From NCBI GenBank assembly GCA_964016885.1, contig OZ024742.1, forward strand, positions 109,740,001 through 109,804,000: 64,000 bases of DNA, written 5' to 3'. The notes below the pieces were generated by a model that saw nothing but the letters and a program-made list of their open reading frames with translations, had not been told where the DNA came from and did no database searches. Both the position numbers and the translations under genes were made by a program. Of this stretch, positions 1-15,225 are shown piece by piece. The DNA is from Eledone cirrhosa. Its lineage: Eukaryota. The stretch's first letter is position 1. Each line of letters starts with the position of its first letter.

Positions 1-1830
1 TGGCAACAAAGCCACGATTGGGTTTTTCACGGACCGAGATGGGCGCGTTCTGCTCAATTCAAAGCAGATGTGTACGGTTTTTCGGCAACACTTTGCATAA
101 CTGTTCGGGACGTGCATGGGGTTAGAGAAGGTAGCGGACTACGATTTCTACCTCCACATCCTGACGCGTCTCTCGATGACTGATGCGGAATGCTGCGAAA
201 AGCCGATAACAGCATCTGAGATACGGGAAGTACTGGCTGGCTATACGATGCACACATCACCCGGTTTGGATAGTTTGCTCTATGAATTTTACGTAGATAT
301 GCCAGACTTATCCCCGATATCCTCGAAGTTGTCTACCGCAACTGGCAAGAGAACGGGAACATTCCCAATTTTGTGAGTCAGGTCGTAGTAACACTGATGA
401 GAATAGACGAGAACAAGGGGGAGGTTATATATGATTTCCGGCTTATAACTCTTCTCAACACAGAGTTTAAGATTTTGGCCAAGGAGCTGGCAACGAGGAT
501 GGCGTTTTTTGTCAAAATTCTGGTAGTGGAGGCGCAGAAGTTTGCAATCCCGACCAGGTCCATACAAGACCTCATAGAAAGGGTAGAGAGTAAACCTGTC
601 TTCGGTGAAGCTCTGATCAATTTGAATCAATCGAAAGCTTTCGATATGGTCGACCATCGATACTTGTAGGCTGTCCGCAATGCAGCCGGCTTTGGTCCAG
701 TCTTCAGTGGCTGGATCGCTGCGATGCACAGCGGCATCTGATCGGTGGTCAAAGTGAATGGCCACATATCGGAACCATCCCAGATCATTCGTTCGGTCCG
801 TCGAGGATGCCATCTCTCCTCCCTTCTGTACGTACTGTCCTTCGAACCACAACTTCGGAAGCTGGAGTTGTTGCAGGGGCATCCCGCTCTAACCGGGACA
901 TGGAAGGGTTGTGTCGGCATATGCGGACGACGTCAGCGTGATGATATCAAACACCTCGGAAATCGGGGTTGTCGGCAACTTCTTGGGGGAATTTGAAAGC
1001 TTGACGGAAGCAAAGATCAACTCGGAAAGGACGGTGGGGCGGACTGGTGTAGTTGCTCGAGATCTGGTTTGGTCCAGATCTCCAGGTGGATAAGAACTGG
1101 AACGAAGTAACAGGCAAAATGCCCACTCTCACCTAGAAATGGGCCTAGAGGAAGCTATCGCTGAAAGGTCGGGCAGTGGTAGCGAAACCATACATGGCGT
1201 TCGTCATCTATTACTGCCTCACCAAATTGGAGCGCTTGCTCTTCAATTTCTAGGCCATTCCGTGGCTGATGATGCTAAAACATACGCTTAGACTAAGGTA
1301 TCTCTAGATATTCTTAAACAGTGAACAAGTGTAGTTACCGTTTATGAAACAGTTACTATCGCATGTAGGACAGACCCGTTGTTTATAGATCGATACTATC
1401 ATGAAGATTGTCCCACTGCCTTCTTTTAGTCACGAAGGACAGACAATTTTTCTCTGTCTGGTGGCTGTAGCGAAAGATGTGTGGTAGACAAAGCTGAAAG
1501 GACTGAAGACACACTTTACTCTTCGGCCAAGCCCTCATTAACTTTTTCAAGCTCCATTTGGAAATTAAGGTGATAGTGGAGAGGGAAGTGCTGTCTTTGT
1601 TAAAAATGGGTGAATGTAGCGAGAATGGTCTCAGCAAATGGACCAACGCTGACCATGCGCCTGTTAGTTGGAAAGTTTTAGAGAGGAGAGGGGCACATTT
1701 TGATAGTGCTCTTGAGGATTGGGGTGGTTTAGGATCTGTGGGTTTCACATGTTTCATGTAAATCCCCACTGTCCCTGTTTTTCTATTGTCCTTTATGTTT
1801 CGGCCTTAGTGACCAATAAAGAAATAATTA
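1..1830 (+). mobile_element. Degenerate Tx1/L1-clade LINE, reverse transcriptase and 3' part
   Basis: Frameshifted RT motifs SPGLDSLLYEFY, DFRLITLLNTEFKILAK, LNQSKAFDMVDH, VRRGCHLSSLLY and AYADDV. Ends near AATAAA plus (ATT)n at about 1815-1840. Confidence 0.8.
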
Positions 1831-2629
1831 TTATTATTACTTATTTTCTCATCTATTTTTGTATTTTACTGTTTTTTAGTTTGTTTGATGTCTTTCTTTT
1901 TTTGTTTTTGTTTTTTGTTTGTTTGTTTATTCGTTTTTTTTTTTTGTTGTTTTGTTTTTTTGTTTCTTTGTAGCTGTTGAGAATTTAATTCTGTTGAACC
2001 GACCAATTCCGACATTGCTCGTTGACATGGCTTCACCGACAAAAATATGTTTGCTTTTATTTATTTATTCATTTATTTATTTGTTTGTTTGTTTATTTAT
2101 TTATTTGCTAGTTTCTTCTAAGTGGAAGATTTTGAGAACAATTGGTACTTTTAGATATCGCTGTGGGAATAATTTAATGGTGGAAAGATTTCTCAATTAT
2201 ATGATCATTTTTGCCAGTGGCTTAGTAGTTAGAGTATTGGTTTCACGATCATAAAATCGTGGGTTCCGACCGAGATGTGATTTTCAGTCAAACCGCATCT
2301 CACAGTGCTTTTCGTGATAGAGTCGCGACCCCTGTCATTAAAACCTACCAGAAACGTACCATGAGACACAACTACATAGATGTGAGCTGTGACGACATGA
2401 TAGAACTGGTACCCTATCATTAAAACACTCAAGAAACCTCCCTATGAGATGTACCCTAGTAAGAGTCCAGCTAAACCGGCATAGGTGTGAGCTGTAAGAT
2501 ACTTTTTTTTTTCATTTCATTTCACCAAACATGTGGTTCTGGTTGTAGTAGTTGTTGATCAAATGCGTTTCAGCAATAACAAACCTGTTTTTTTTTTTTG
2601 TTTTTTTTATATCAGAGACTACACTTATC

Positions 2630-3050
2630 AATTTGCATTTTACTTATGTTCTAGTTGGGGGGGGGGGGTATGAATCTAATATAGGCCAGATTTTGGTTGT
2701 TGTTTTTTACATATTTTACAATTGACAGCTGTCTGTGTCTTTTCCATTCAAAATTTAAATTTCATTACATTTTGCTGTTCAGCGTCCATTCTTAAATCTC
2801 TATATTTCATTTGTAGTCCTGGAAACCAGTTCCTACCTTTAAAACTGTATTCTCTTTCTTAATTTACTGTCGTATTTATTGCAGTTTTTATACTGACATT
2901 TTTTATATCGATAGATTTTAGAAATATCTTCATTTCTAGGGACAAGAAAATACATCAAAAAAATGTCCTTCTCCTCTTCAGCGCCACCTATGACTTTCAC
3001 TGCTAGAGTTACTCTCTCCCAATTATCCTGTCTTATTGTTATTAATTGCT
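2630..3050. repeat. Left arm of an inverted duplication (partner 6540-6945)
   Basis: Reverse-complement match to 6540-6945, including an identical core of about 63 nt; divergent elsewhere. Confidence 0.85.
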
Positions 3051-3208
3051 ATTTCTCATTCTCCCTCTCTCATTCTTCTCTCTTCCCTCTCATGCTCTCA
3101 CGCTCTCTCCTTCTCTCTCTTTCCTTTCCTTTTTTTTCCGTCTCTCTCTCTCTATCTATCTAACTAGCTATCTATCTCTCTATCTATATTTTTATCTCTT
3201 TCTCTCCC

Positions 3209-3297
<89 letters not shown>

Positions 3298-3506
3298 ATC
3301 TCTTCTTCCTAGAAGACGGCAGATCGACAGAATCGTTAGAGCGTCGAATAAAATGTGTTGCAGTGCTTGTTCCAGCTCTTTATTGTTTTTGTCTCCTACA
3401 TCGAATTCAAAAACTTATATAACCAATCAAGTACTGAGGTCGATATAATAGATTTTCCCCTTTCTCCCAAAAATGTCTGAACTTTTACCTATTTAGAAAC
3501 CATTCG

Positions 3507-4132
3507 GGTGATTGGCAGTATCGGTAGAGGGTCGGACGCCATTCTTTGACGCATAGAGTTACGGCCCTTGCCATTCTGAGTTCAAATCCCGCCGAGGTTA
3601 ACTTTGCCTTTCATTCTTACGGGGTCGATAAAATAAAGTACCAGTAATGCACTGGGTAATTGCTGGCCCTGTGCCAAAAGCCGAAACAATTATTATTTTC
3701 AGATAAAGGGCGGGGGATTGGCAGTATCGGTAGAGGGTCGGACGCCATGCTTTGCAGCAAAGAGTTACGGCCCTTTGCAGTCTGAGTTCAAATCCCGCTG
3801 AGGTTAATTTTGCCTTTCATCCTTACGGGGTCGATAAAATAAAGTACCTGTAATACAATGGGATAATTGCTGGCCTTGTGTCAAAAGTAGAAACAATTAT
3901 TTTCAGATAAGATGGCGGTGGATTGGCAGAATTGTTAGAGCATCGGGCAAAATACTTAGCAGCATTTAGTGACAGCACTTTACGTTAAGAGTTTAAATCC
4001 CGCTATGGTTAACTTTGCCTTTCATTCTTCCGAGGTCGATAAAATAAAATACCAGTTACATACTGAGTCCGATGCAATCCACTTTTTCCTTCTCCCATAA
4101 ATTATTGGCCTTGTGTTTAAATTAGAAATTAT
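3507..4132 (+). mobile_element. Three tandem copies of a tRNA-derived SINE (family A)
   Basis: Each copy reads TGGCAG(T/A)AT(C/T)G(G/T)TAGAG (A box), GAGTT(C/T)AAATCCC (B box), TTTGCCTTTCAT..GGTCGATAAAATAAA, and ends GAAA(C/T)(A/T)ATT. Copies at about 3507-3692, 3714-3899 and 3919-4132. Confidence 0.85.
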
Positions 4133-4766
4133 TATTTCCAGATGAAGACTTTCAGATGCTTCTTGTCTTCCTTCTCTTTCATCAACAAATGATTTATAAA
4201 AGTGATAAGGGTGTTCGGCTATGGTCGTAAGGTTTTGAGTGGCGGGTCCCTCAAGGCGGCACTCTATTTCACATCGCTCCAGTCCACTCAGCTGGAAAAA
4301 ATGAATTATGCCTGTAATTCAAAATGCCAGCTGTTTCACACTATGTCACGCTAAACTTTCCTGTGAACTACATGAAGGATACATATGTTTATGGAGTGCT
4401 CAACCTACCGATCCTACACAGACTATTCTATAAGAAGTATGACGAGGATCATTATCCATACCACCACTCTTTCTATGGACTAGGAGACCAAAGAATATTC
4501 TGATTCAACAGCATTTTGGGTGTATTTTTTTTTTTTTGGGGGGGGGGGGGGGGGGGCTTTGGGTTAGACTGTCCGATAGGATTTTTGTGGTATTCGATCC
4601 GGATCTCTGTGTTCTGAATTCAAAACCCGCCAAAGTCAACTTTCCTTTTCACCCTTTCGTGGTCGATAAAAAAAAAGGACCAGTCCAGTAATGGGATTAC
4701 TTCATCCTCTATATCTCTTTCTCAATTCCTCTCCATCCCCCTCTTTCTCAATTCCTTTTTATCCTA

Positions 4767-4797
<31 letters not shown>

Positions 4798-4801
4798 CAA
4801 C

Positions 4802-4832
<31 letters not shown>

Positions 4833-5210
4833 TCTCTTTCCCTCTTTCTCTCTCTCTCACCCTATCTCTCTCTCCCTTTCTCTCAGGAAGAAATCTGCTG
4901 TGTTCAGAATTGAAGAGAAATGGGCTCAGCCAGGTTGTAAAAGATGCTCTACGACTCCACCAGGGGTCATAAGCCGATACATAGATCGATATATTTTATA
5001 AATAATCATAAGTGATAATGATGTGACTCCGAGGGGGATAAATAAATATATAATAATTAAATATAAATTATTGATCTCAACATCGACTAGAAGTAAGAGT
5101 AAATGAGGAATGCTGAGCTGAAACAAACACCGTAAGGTATTTTGTCTGACACTCTAACAATTCTGTTGATCTACCGTCCTCTATCTGAAAGTTATAAGCT
5201 TAAATAAGAT

Positions 5211-6200
5211 CGAGAGAGATGGGGTGGAGAGCGTGAGAGAGTGAGAGAGAGATGGGGTGGAGAGAGTGAGAGAGTGAGAGAGAGATGGGGTGGAGAGAGT
5301 GAGAGAGTGAGGGAGAGATGGGGTGGAGAGAGTGAGAAAGTGAGAGAGAGATGGGGTGGAGAGAGTGAGAGAGAGATGGGGTGGAGAGAGTGAGAGAGTG
5401 AGGGAGAGATGGGGTGGAGAGAGTGAGAAAGTGAGAGAGAGATGGGGTGGAGAGAGTGAGAGAGAGATGGGGTGGAGAGCGTGAGAGAGAGATGGGTGGA
5501 GAGCGTGAGAGAGTGAGAGAGAGATGGGGTGGAGAGAGGGAGAGAGTGAGAGAGAGATGGGGTGGAGAGAGTGAGAGAGTGAGGGAGAGATGGGGTGGAG
5601 AGAGTGAGAAAGTGAGAGAGAGATGGGGTGGAGAGAGTGAGAGAGAGATGGGGTGGAGAGCGTGAGAGAGAGATGGGTGGAGAGCGTGAGAGAGTGAGAG
5701 AGAGATGGGGTGGAGAGAGGGAGAGAGTGAGAGAGTGAGGGAGAGATGGGGTGGAGAGAGTGAGAAAGTGAGAGAGAGATGGGGTGGAGAGAGTGAGAGA
5801 GTGAGGGAGAGATGGGGTGGAGAGAGTGAGAAAGTGAGAGATATGGGGTGGAGAGAGTGAGAGAGAGATGGGGTGGAGAGCGTGAGAAAGTGAGAGAGAT
5901 ATGGGGTGGAGAGAGTGAGAGAGAGATGGGGTGGAGAGAGTGAGAGAGTGAGAGAGAGATGGGGTGGAGAAAGTGAGAGAGAGATGGGGTGGAGAGAGTG
6001 AGAAAGTGAGAGAGAGATGGGGTGGAGAGAGTGAGAGAGTGAGGGAGAGATGGGGTGGAGAGAGTGAGAAAGTGAGAGAGATATGGGGTGGAGAGAGTGA
6101 GAGAGTGAGGGAGAGATGGGGTGGAGAGAGTGAGAAAGTGAGAGAGATATGGGGTGGAGAGAGTGAGAGAGAGATGGGGTGGAGAGAGTGAGAGAGAGAA
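5211..6200. repeat. Purine-rich minisatellite (ATGGGGTGGAGAGAGTGAGAGAG..., 25-33 nt units)
   Basis: Direct tandem repetition visible; source of the spurious 402-457 aa ORFs. Confidence 0.95.
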
Positions 6201-6328
6201 TGAGAAAATAAGAAACAGAGGAGTGGAAAGGTAGAGAGAATGAATGTGACGTGGAGAGAGAGAGAGCGAATCAGATAGAAAATGAGAGGGTGGATATATA
6301 TATATATATGTGTGTGTGTGTGTATCAG

Positions 6329-6359
<31 letters not shown>

Positions 6360-6488
6360 AAAAGGTAAACAGAAATAACAACACAAATGGTACAGTACAT
6401 GGAAGAAATATATTAGTTTAACGCTTGAAATAGCAGGAAGAATATATATACAGAAAGAGAGAGAGAGAGACGAAGAGAGAGAGAGAAT

Positions 6489-6523
<35 letters not shown>

Positions 6524-6539
6524 GGTGAGTGAGACGGCA

Positions 6540-6945
6540 GTTAATAACAATCAAAGAGGATAACAGGGAGGGGACAAGGTAACTCTAACAATGAAAGTCA
6601 TAGGTGGCGCTGTAAAAGAGAAGGAAATTTTGATGTATTTTCTTGTCCCTGGAAATGGAAGTATTTCTAAAATCTATCGATATAAAAAATGTCAGTATAA
6701 AAACTGCAATAAATACGACAGTAAATAAAGAAAGTGAATAAAGGTTTGTAGGTAGGAACTGGTTGCCAAGACGCTGAACAGCAAAATGTAATGAAATTTA
6801 AATTTTGAATGATTTGGGGAAAGTTACAGACAGCTGTCAATGGTGAAATATTTAAAAACTGTCCTAGATTAAATCAGGGAAAGAATATAATATTAGATTC
6901 ATAAAAAAAAAGCTTAAGTGAGAATACGTAAGTAAAATTATTTGT
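6540..6945. repeat. Right arm of the inverted duplication (partner 2630-3050)
   Basis: See left arm. Confidence 0.85.
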
Positions 6946-7336
6946 GTGATTGAAACTTCAAAATGAAAAGTGGCAGCTTCCACAATGTTAAATAGCGTAT
7001 TTCATGGCAAATTCCTCGTGAGAAAATACATTAGCTTACCAAATACTTCAACTTTCCTAATAAAACCCGGGTGAGATTTTCTAACCATTTTCAGGTGAGT
7101 AAGGAATCTTATATGCCATTAAATACGGTAATTTGTAACGAAATTTATATAAAAAGATATGCGGTTCGACCCGAGGATATAGTTATAGAGAAGCTTGTCC
7201 AATATGCCATGGAATGAGACAGAACGCTGAACCTCATGATTGCGAAGCGAACTTCCTAACCGTTTGGCCATGCCCACGTCCAGACTAAATAAAGTAAATA
7301 ATTAATTACTGTCATTTACTGCTATATAATTTGAGT

Positions 7337-7620
7337 GAAGCCGTGTGGCTCAGTGGTTAGGATGTTCGGTTCATGATCGCTCACAAGATCATGAGTTCGA
7401 TTTTCAGACCGGGTGGCATGGAGCAAGACATTTTATTTCGCATTGCTTTAGTCAACTCAACCGAAAGGAAATGAATTGTACTTATAATTTAGAAGGCCAG
7501 CCGTGCTCTGCACTGTGTCACTGAGAACTACGTTAAGGTTACAGGTATCAGTGGAATGTTCAGCAAGAAGGCTGTTCCGTAGATCAAACAATTGGGACAC
7601 TTATCATTGTAACTCTCGTG
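7337..7620 (+). mobile_element. Degenerate tRNA-derived CORE-type SINE (family B)
   Basis: GTGTGGCTCAGTGGTTAG...GAGTTCGATT...GAGCAAGACATTTTATTTC, shared with 19910-20105, 25637-25770 and 38132-38358. Confidence 0.65.
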
Positions 7621-9163
7621 GATCCAACACACACACATTTACATGTCTTAACATGTCTCTTTTACGTATATCTCCGCCAACCAACACCACTCAGCTGAGA
7701 GTCGTTAAATTTATCATATTCTAAGCTAACTTTTGTATTTAAAAAAATAGGCTAACGACACAAAAATATGCAAAAATCGGACGGAATTTGTAATTTCGTT
7801 ATCATGAAAAAAACTGCCTGTGATTTTGAATTAATATTGAAAATAACCAAGAATTTAGAGGGATTTATTAATATGATTAACTTTCTCCTTATTGATCTGG
7901 TATTTGAGGTACAACCTAACAAAGGTTCCTACATAAGATTATAGTGGAAAGCGTTTGGATAACTATAAACACTTTAAAACAAACAGTTTTGTATCATAAA
8001 ATGAAGAGTAGTTTCAGGTACTTTGGTATCAAAAGAGTTAAGAAAGAATGAAATTGCTTGATCTTGGCTAAATTTATTAATTGTTTTCCACTTGAAGTAC
8101 ACTGAACACTTAGATAAAATAAAACTAATCATCAGAAGACTTTCAGGTGAAATTAATACCACAATGGAAAATATAATCAAACGAGCTATTTCAAGAAAAT
8201 CAAGTAGAAACTATTAACTGCCAAGTATTTACAGTAGCAGGCCATGTGATGAACACAGTTGGACTTAATAAATTAGATCTAGTAAAAGCAGAATAGAATG
8301 ATTAAGAAAAGTTCTAAGAGAGTATATGCTATGCAGTATGGCATGCAAAGATGAAAGATTGATCATAAGAACATGAATGAAATAGTAGGTGTTAGAATAT
8401 GAAAGTTGAAACGAAATTAAGAGTGGCATGTTGCGTAGCAATAAAATTAGGAATAGTTGAAAACTACATCGAGGAGAACGAAATTGATGAAACTGGATTA
8501 AACTTGGAGTAGGTTATACGTCATAGTTGGTTTGAACGGAGATTAAGTTTGATAGCAGAGAGATCATAGTGTATGAGGGAAGAATGAAATGGAACTCCGT
8601 CGATTTCGATGATGTCTATTTTACGCTTTCAAGAAACAGTAGCTATTGGGTTCCCAGAATAATCATAGAATGGAATGGATCTAATCGTTTCGACGATGAA
8701 TGTTTCAGCTGTTCGGTCCAAAGAATAATATATTCAGGAAACATGTGTACCCCTTAACGTAATTATCAGAGAAATTCAGTGTAACACAGTGTATGACAAT
8801 ACTGCCCCTTTGAATTACAGATGGAGTCGATCTGACGAGCTTCCAAACAGTTTTGTCTAGCCAATTTCATACTTAAAGCTTGGATCGACGCAGAGTGATG
8901 TTAAATAAGACTTGCCCAAGATCATACACAGAGGGATCGAACTAGGACATAACGACTGCAAAGTTTATCTTTTAACCATTCGACCATGCTGCTTTCACAA
9001 AACCATTTGGTGGATTTCAGAAATTGAACAACATAAAATAAATTTTTTTTTACAGATTTCCTGTAAAACTAAAATAATTTGTTTTAAAAATATCCATAGT
9101 ATTTTCTTTTACTAGTTTCAGTCATTTAACTGTACCCATGTTTTTACAATATATGTGTGTGTG

Positions 9164-9236
<73 letters not shown>

Positions 9237-9911
9237 GTAGGTAGATAGATAATAGATAAATAGATAGATAGATAGATACTGGTTATACACATTTATAACT
9301 ATATGCTATATGTGAAATGATAAATGATAACGAAACGCAAATACAAATAGCTGAAACCGAAGAAAAGAATTTTTTTACTATCACATGACCGAAGAAGATA
9401 TTTAAGAAATCACGTGTATTTCGTGTTCTCTGTTGTTGTTTTTTTCTATAGTTCATTATCGTCTGTTCTTTTAACCTGTTTTAACTTTACGTTTTGGGTA
9501 TCTTCACATGAACAGTGATCAATATTATGTAGCCAGCATTCATTGAAATGAAAGGTTAAACGGATGTTTTCTAACTGAGTAACGCAGACGACTGTTCACA
9601 CGGAACAGAAAAATATTCTCCCAATTGAGATTATATCTGAAGAAGGTTATGATAAATCTGTTTAAAATTAGTCTATTAAAAAGAGACAACTAGCAGCATT
9701 GAGTTGTCCTCGTTGAATTCCATTGCAATATATACCAAATCGAGGCTAAATATTTTATACGTAAACAAAACATTACTGAGTCTATAGAAATCAATTGGCT
9801 ACAGATAAAACATATATCTCGGTTGTTGTAAAGGTCGAACGTTTTTAGTTCACAGAAATACAAAGATATCTGTCTAGTTTTATCGACCAGGGTTGGTAGG
9901 TCTTAGGTTAA

Positions 9912-10312
9912 CCTTTTTGATACCAAACCGCCTGAAACCACCAATGATCCTATGATACTAAACTGTTTATATTTATTTTAAACCCTCCTTCATAATTTTA
10001 TGTAAGAACTTTTGTTATGATATGTTCCAAACACCAGCTTAGTAATGAGAAAGTTGGTTATCCCTCCAAATTCTTTTCCGAAGTATTTGAAAATCATAAA
10101 TCACTCGAAATGTTTGTTTACAAAATTATTGGAAAATTGTAAACAGTATTTTCCTTATAAATATGTTAATGAAATGGTTAAAGTGTATATATCTATCTAC
10201 AAATCTTTCCACATAACATTACACAAGAACCTTTGTTATGTTCCAAATACCAGTCAAAACTATTTGAAACTCATAGACAATGTCTTTCGTTGAAAATATG
10301 ATAACGAAAGGG
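9912..10312 (+). mobile_element. piggyBac-type MITE flanked by TTAA
   Basis: TTAA|CCTTTTTGATACC...ATAACGAAAGGG|TTAA. Related copies at about 7790-8040, 31080-31780 (split by CR1), 34220-34460, 45230-45420, 55650-56260 and 58845-59163. Confidence 0.65.
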
Positions 10313-10820
10313 TTAAAATATCATAGAAAGATTGAAGAGAAGATAATTGTTTGTTGTCTGTGATAGAAGAGTTAGACTTATTCTGAGAAGGAAATTCTCT
10401 ATTTAGTAAATCGAGTTCAGTTAATGTCGGTTCACAAAATGGAACAAACAAGTTGAATCACTCGTACCGACAGACACATCATACCGACCATTTTAGAATT
10501 ATATAAAAGACCATTCTATTTCCAACGAATTGATAATGAAAGAAACGATAAAATGTCTCGTTTCCGGATCAACGAAAAAGGAAATTCTTTGGAAAATACA
10601 CGCGGAACATATGACCACACTAAACATCAATCGAGTTCGTGTACATATCGGTAATGGTGTAACGAATATGACAGGACAGGAAGTCGCAACACTTAAAGTT
10701 GGCATTTATATGGAATTTGAAATGATGTATTTGAACGATCTTATAAATTCGTAGTGTGTTGGACCTCCGTTGGTTTCGATGAACAGTCTTCCAGTTGTTT
10801 GACCTACGCCGCACTACACC

Positions 10821-11546
<726 letters not shown>

Positions 11547-11719
11547 ATATATATAATTCTTTTACAGTTCCTCATCTTCCCCCAAAATGTTCTTCTTACG
11601 GCCAATAGTTAGTATCAATAATGGAAAGACCAATGGAAACATTATTTTCTAGTCCGGTCTGACGATCGACTTCATTCCTTTCCTTTATATAATAATAATC
11701 CTTAAGCTACATTTAATCT

Positions 11720-11901
11720 GGATTGGCAGTATCGGTAGAGGGTCGGACGCCATGCTTTCCAGCATGGTTACGTCCCTTTACGATCTGAGTTCAAATCCCG
11801 CCGAGGTTGACTTTGCCTTTCATCCTTACGGGGTCGATAAAATAAAGTACCAGTAATGCACTGGGTAATTGCTGGCCTTGTGCCTAAAGTAGAAACAATT
11901 A
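11720..11901 (+). mobile_element. SINE family A copy
   Basis: Near-identical to 3714-3899 and 52007-52189. Confidence 0.9.
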
Positions 11902-12077
11902 TATGTGGAACAGAACTCGTGAGCAAGGGAATTTTATATAAATAGAGTGACCTGCAAACATACACCTGTTCATACATATATATACCTCCATACATATATA
12001 TATATTCACTGACAAAAGGCATATAACTCACATAAATATATACACTGTCGTACTTCTTGCATACATAATATAACGTT

Positions 12078-12136
<59 letters not shown>

Positions 12137-12320
12137 GTGTATATTGTGTAGATGCGAGTATATTTGCGTGCATATATGTATAAATGCACACACACATATA
12201 TATGTAAGTTATATATATATGTGTGTGTATGTATGTCTACTTATATGTATGTATTTATGTATGCATGTGTATACATACATACAAGCACACACACAGACAC
12301 ACACTCACACATACACATAT

Positions 12321-12352
<32 letters not shown>

Positions 12353-12787
12353 CGCATACACACATATACATACACGTACTGTTGTTTGTAAGAAAGCAGT
12401 TGGTAGGTTTGGAAGTTATACAGTATTGACAAGCAATACGAAGAACATCGAGAGCATATTTTCTCGACATTCAGTCGATAATCCTATGATAGACGGCTAA
12501 GTTGGCTGTCGGAACCGGTTCTTTCCAGCTTTCTGACTTTCTCTTCATGCTCAACTGAATGTCTTTTACGCTTATGGTTTTTTCTCTGCTGATAAACCAA
12601 CCGATGAAATCGTTTTAAGATGTTGTCGTTGTTGCTGGTGTTGTTGTCGCTGATGATGTTGCTACTAATGCTGTTGGTGATATATGAAGGATGATGAAAG
12701 AATGAGGAGAGGAGATTTCTGTTTACGTATCTATTGTGAAGTGTGGATCCACTAAGATGGAGAAGAACGAAGGAAAGAAAGAAAGAG

Positions 12788-12854
<67 letters not shown>

Positions 12855-12974
12855 AGAAGAAGAAGAAGAAGAAGAAGAAGAAGAAGAAGAAGAAGAAGAA
12901 GAAGAAGAAGAAGAAGAAGAAGATAAAAAGTGATCATATAATTATAGAAAAAAAAAGAATATATATATATATAA

Positions 12975-13038
<64 letters not shown>

Positions 13039-13485
13039 CAGCAACAACAACAACAATACAATAATGACAAAAACAACATCGATACTGCTATTAAAATGAA
13101 AGTGTAGTTCTTTGTTTGATAGAGTTGAGATTTTTTTCCCCTTTTATTATTAGTAGTAGTATTGTTATATTTCTGTTTTACCTGAAGTTTTGAAGAGAAC
13201 ATCTGCTCTAGCTAAAATTTACTTCTTAAGTAAGATTAAAGTGTTTTAGTCTGTCTACATTTAGAAAATTGGAATATCTCCGGGTTTTTTTGTTTTTGTT
13301 TTTTTTAGGGGGGTTAGTCGGAATTCTTTTATCTATCTATCTATCTTAAAAACACTTCTTCTTTTAATAATGATAACAATAATAAATCAATATAAACAAA
13401 ATTATGGTAATTTAATTTCCTTCTTTTTTATAATATATATTATATATATTATATATATATGTATATATACATATATATATGTATA

Positions 13486-13525
<40 letters not shown>

Positions 13526-13543
13526 TATATGTGTATATATATC

Positions 13544-13669
<126 letters not shown>

Positions 13670-13758
13670 TACACACACATCAAAGAGACATACATATGTG
13701 TGTGTGTACAACTCGAAACATACAGATCTATACATGCAATAAGATCCACACCTGCACT

Positions 13759-14100
<342 letters not shown>

Positions 14101-14934
14101 ATATATATATATATATATATATACATTATCTTTAGTGAAACCAGTTTTCTGTAGTCATATGTCTCATTAAACATTTCTGGATGTTCCCGATTTATACAGT
14201 AAAACATTGCCAATGACTCCACAGCTAAGAAATTACCTTAATTTTGTTCGATTTTTTCTATAAAGGAAATTCAATTTTTTGAATAAAGGAAAAAAATATT
14301 TTTTTTAATAATCATAAAACAAATATGCTGAAGGGACAAGAAGAATCTAAATGACCGCATAAATGGGTTTATAAAACAGCGCATTAAATATATACAAAGT
14401 AGGCTAATTGGGTCATTATTTATTATAAGAACAGTAGCTAATGATTTCAAAAGTTTAGAATCGTGGTTACTAAACTATGTGCCTTACTACATTCATGTGT
14501 CACGATATGTAATTAGGTACACCATGAAAAAGTGAGATTCTATTTCAAAATATGAAAAATACAAATTGAAATTCGTAATTAAGTTCAAATATAACTGTCA
14601 AAGTGTGAAACAAGTAAACTAAGTATGAAAATGGTGCAAAACAAAAAAAAACATTAATTATATGTTTGCTCATTGGTAACAATGCTCCATTTATTGACTT
14701 AAAAGGAAGTATAAATAATTTTTCTGTATTATTAATTATCTTTATTTCTACTTTATGTTATGCTAATATGTATGCCCTTTTGAGAAAAATTCAAATTTAG
14801 ATGCAAAGTGTACCAAAATATTTTCACATGTTCTAAAGTATGTCATGGGTAAAAAAAAGGTTTGGGCAGCACTGGTTTAGTCAACCTCATCTTGTCCTTA
14901 GCACAACACTGCACGTGGCCAAGAGACTCTAAAC

Positions 14935-15225
14935 CAGTCATGGGCAACCCGCGGCCCATGAAGCTTTCTGAATGGCTCGCCTATGTCACCTAAGTGAAAT
15001 CTTTCTGATTTTTTTACCCCAACTTTTCAGTCGTAATTTACCTTTCTATCATTTTTACGATCGAGGAAAACAGCGTTTACGAATTTTGAAGAAACAAATC
15101 AATACAACCTGAGTGACCACCCTATTTTTTAATGTGGGCACGAACGTAAATTAGGGATTGCGGCCCGCCTGATTATGAGCCATATCTCATGCGGCCCGCT
15201 TCTCGAAAAAGGTTGCCCATGCCTG
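14935..15225. mobile_element. hAT-type MITE
   Basis: TIRs CAGTCATGGGCAAC / GTTGCCCATGCCTG, subterminal GCGGCCC motifs, perfect 8-bp TSD CTCTAAAC (14927-14934 and 15226-15233). Confidence 0.9.

Noticed and set aside
3507-4132. tRNA genes
   Set aside because: A and B boxes belong to SINE heads; there is no complete cloverleaf and each is followed by a SINE body.
5181-6554. 402-457 aa Ser/Leu/His-rich ORFs
   Set aside because: Translation of a GA-rich minisatellite.
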